DNA of 41,320 nt, taken from assembly GCA_016872975.1 (NCBI GenBank), contig VGYL01000001.1, positions 1 through 41,320 of the forward strand, in the 5' to 3' direction. The notes beneath the pieces were generated by a model. The model saw only the letters and a list, made by a program, of their open reading frames with translations. It made no database searches and had not been told where the DNA came from. Source of the DNA: Planctomycetota bacterium (lineage in GTDB: Bacteria > Planctomycetota > Phycisphaerae > Sedimentisphaerales > Anaerobacaceae). The position numbers and the translations under genes are program-made. Positions 40,282 to 41,320 of the stretch are shown here, in pieces (positions within the stretch are counted from its first letter, which is position 1; every line of letters starts with the position of its first letter).

Positions 40282-41192
40282 AATGCGGCCCAGACAAGAC
40301 AGCCCGCGGGAAGGCGCCGAGCGCGAAGGCCGCCGGCTTCACGCTCATCGAGCTGCTGGTCGTGATTTCGATCGTTGCGCTGCTGCTGGCGGCCCTGCTG
40401 CCGGCCCTGCACGCGGCGCGGAAGCGGGCCCGCGGGGTGGTCTGCCGGGCCCACCTCAAGCAGTGGGGAACGACCCTGGCCGTGTACCTGGAGGAGCACC
40501 AGGGCCGTTTCGCGCGTTCTACGGACATCCTCCCCGCCCTGTCGCTCCTGCGCGGTCTGCACCTCGATCGCAACACCGATCCCAATGACCCGAGACGCTA
40601 TCACGGGGTCGAGACGCGCGACATCAGTTGCTGTCCGATGGCCACCAAAACCACGGGCCAGGTGAGCGGCGGGGCCACGAGCGGCGGCGTGAACTACCTG
40701 GAGATGAGCGTGGGGGGGACCTTCCTGGCGTGGGAGATCCTGAAGCCCACTCCGGCGTTTCGCGGAAGTTACGGCTTGAACCGCAATCTCTTCGGCAGCC
40801 TGTCGAATCTTGTCTTCTTTGGGACCCGGTGGCGGAATGAAACCAACACGTACACGCTCGCGCGCGGCGCCAACATCCCGGTCCTTCTCGATGCGGTCAG
40901 CCCCACGGTCTGGATGATGACGGAAAAGGACCCGCCGCCCAAGAGTGAGCCCGTCGTCGGCATCGTCGTCAGCCTGTTGGGGGGCCTCTACCACATGGAC
41001 CTGAGCATCAACCGCCACGACGGGACCATGAACGCCTTGTTCCTGGATTGGTCGGTCCGCCCGGTCGGGCTCAAGGAGCTCTGGACGTTGAAGTGGCACG
41101 GCAACTTCAACACGGCCGGGCCCTGGACGAAGGCCGGAGGCGCCAAACCGGAAGATTGGCCTCCATGGATGCGGAAGTTCAAAGACTACTGA
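40278..41192 (+). CDS. Prepilin-type N-terminal cleavage/methylation domain protein, DUF1559-like with a variant H-X9-DW motif
   Basis: The start 'MKCGPDKTARGKAPSAKAAGFTLIELLVVISIVALLLAALLPAL' overlaps the upstream stop (ATGA at 40278-40281). The C-terminal 'NRHDGTMNALFLDWSVRP' corresponds to the H-X9-DG box. Confidence 0.85.
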   Translation: MKCGPDKTARGKAPSAKAAGFTLIELLVVISIVALLLAALLPALHAARKRARGVVCRAHLKQWGTTLAVYLEEHQGRFARSTDILPALSLLRGLHLDRNTDPNDPRRYHGVETRDISCCPMATKTTGQVSGGATSGGVNYLEMSVGGTFLAWEILKPTPAFRGSYGLNRNLFGSLSNLVFFGTRWRNETNTYTLARGANIPVLLDAVSPTVWMMTEKDPPPKSEPVVGIVVSLLGGLYHMDLSINRHDGTMNALFLDWSVRPVGLKELWTLKWHGNFNTAGPWTKAGGAKPEDWPPWMRKFKDY

Positions 41193-41220
41193 TTCCTGCA
41201 AAGGAGCGGGGGAAAGCCGA

Positions 41221-41274
41221 GGGGGTCAACTCTTGACACTTGACAGATCCGTCAAGTGTCAAGAGTTGACCCCC
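41221..41274. terminator. Perfect 24-bp-arm palindrome (6-nt loop) downstream of the last gene
   Basis: 'gggggtcaactcttgacacttgac-agatcc-gtcaagtgtcaagagttgaccccc'. There is no T-tract. The palindrome contains four TTGAC/GTCAA half-sites. Confidence 0.5.
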
Positions 41275-41320
41275 ATACTCCCCCTTGCAGGAAGTCGCGG
41301 CCCTGCGGCATTGAAAAAGT

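Overview
This is a GC-rich bacterial chromosomal window. It most plausibly comes from a Planctomycetota genome. That is an inference from two prepilin-type 'FTLIELLVVI' N-termini carrying the H-X9-DG/DUF1559-type C-terminal motif, two ECF sigma cassettes, and mosaic AT-rich or palindromic repeats filling the intergenic DNA. All domain calls rest on motif recognition in the supplied translations, because no database search was possible.

Gene order:
- 1-3.2 kb (+): elongasome genes mreC (5'-truncated), mreD and PBP2 (mrdA).
- 3.7-14.5 kb (-): a glycosyltransferase gene, then a tightly coupled five-gene flavin/Fe-S operon. The operon encodes a small Cys-rich protein, a NuoE-like protein, a 1084-aa NuoF::GltD fusion, a 2Fe-2S/4Fe-4S protein and a stand-alone GltB FMN-domain protein. 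It sits behind a perfect sigma-54 promoter (TGGCAC-N5-TTGC). An NtrC-type response regulator and a histidine kinase lie directly upstream.
- 15-15.8 kb (-): an MfnB/DUF556-like protein.
- 17-23.5 kb (+): a Liv-type ABC transporter operon plus a PaaK-like CoA ligase. Large palindromic repeats interrupt the operon in three intergenic gaps.
- 23.8-29.8 kb: small genes, namely DUF2283, pterin-4a-carbinolamine dehydratase, a TlpA-like thioredoxin, a Cys-cluster PAS histidine kinase, an EEP-family hydrolase and a CDC-motif hypothetical.
- 29.9-34.4 kb: a decaying accessory islet. It holds a frameshifted DUF1559 pseudopilin, DUF433 with an internally deleted DUF5615, a truncated prepilin fragment, a lower-GC secreted 8-ankyrin protein, and an intact PIN/Phd-like toxin-antitoxin (TA) pair.
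- 35-41.2 kb (+): two ECF sigma cassettes. The second is translationally coupled to a 612-aa membrane protein and a DUF1559 pseudopilin.

No rRNA, tRNA or CRISPR array was found. The strongest candidate for a new system is the sigma-54-controlled Stn/Nfn-like redox operon with its extra GltB-like subunit. The second main theme is the several families of nested, mosaic intergenic palindromes, some of them inside operons.
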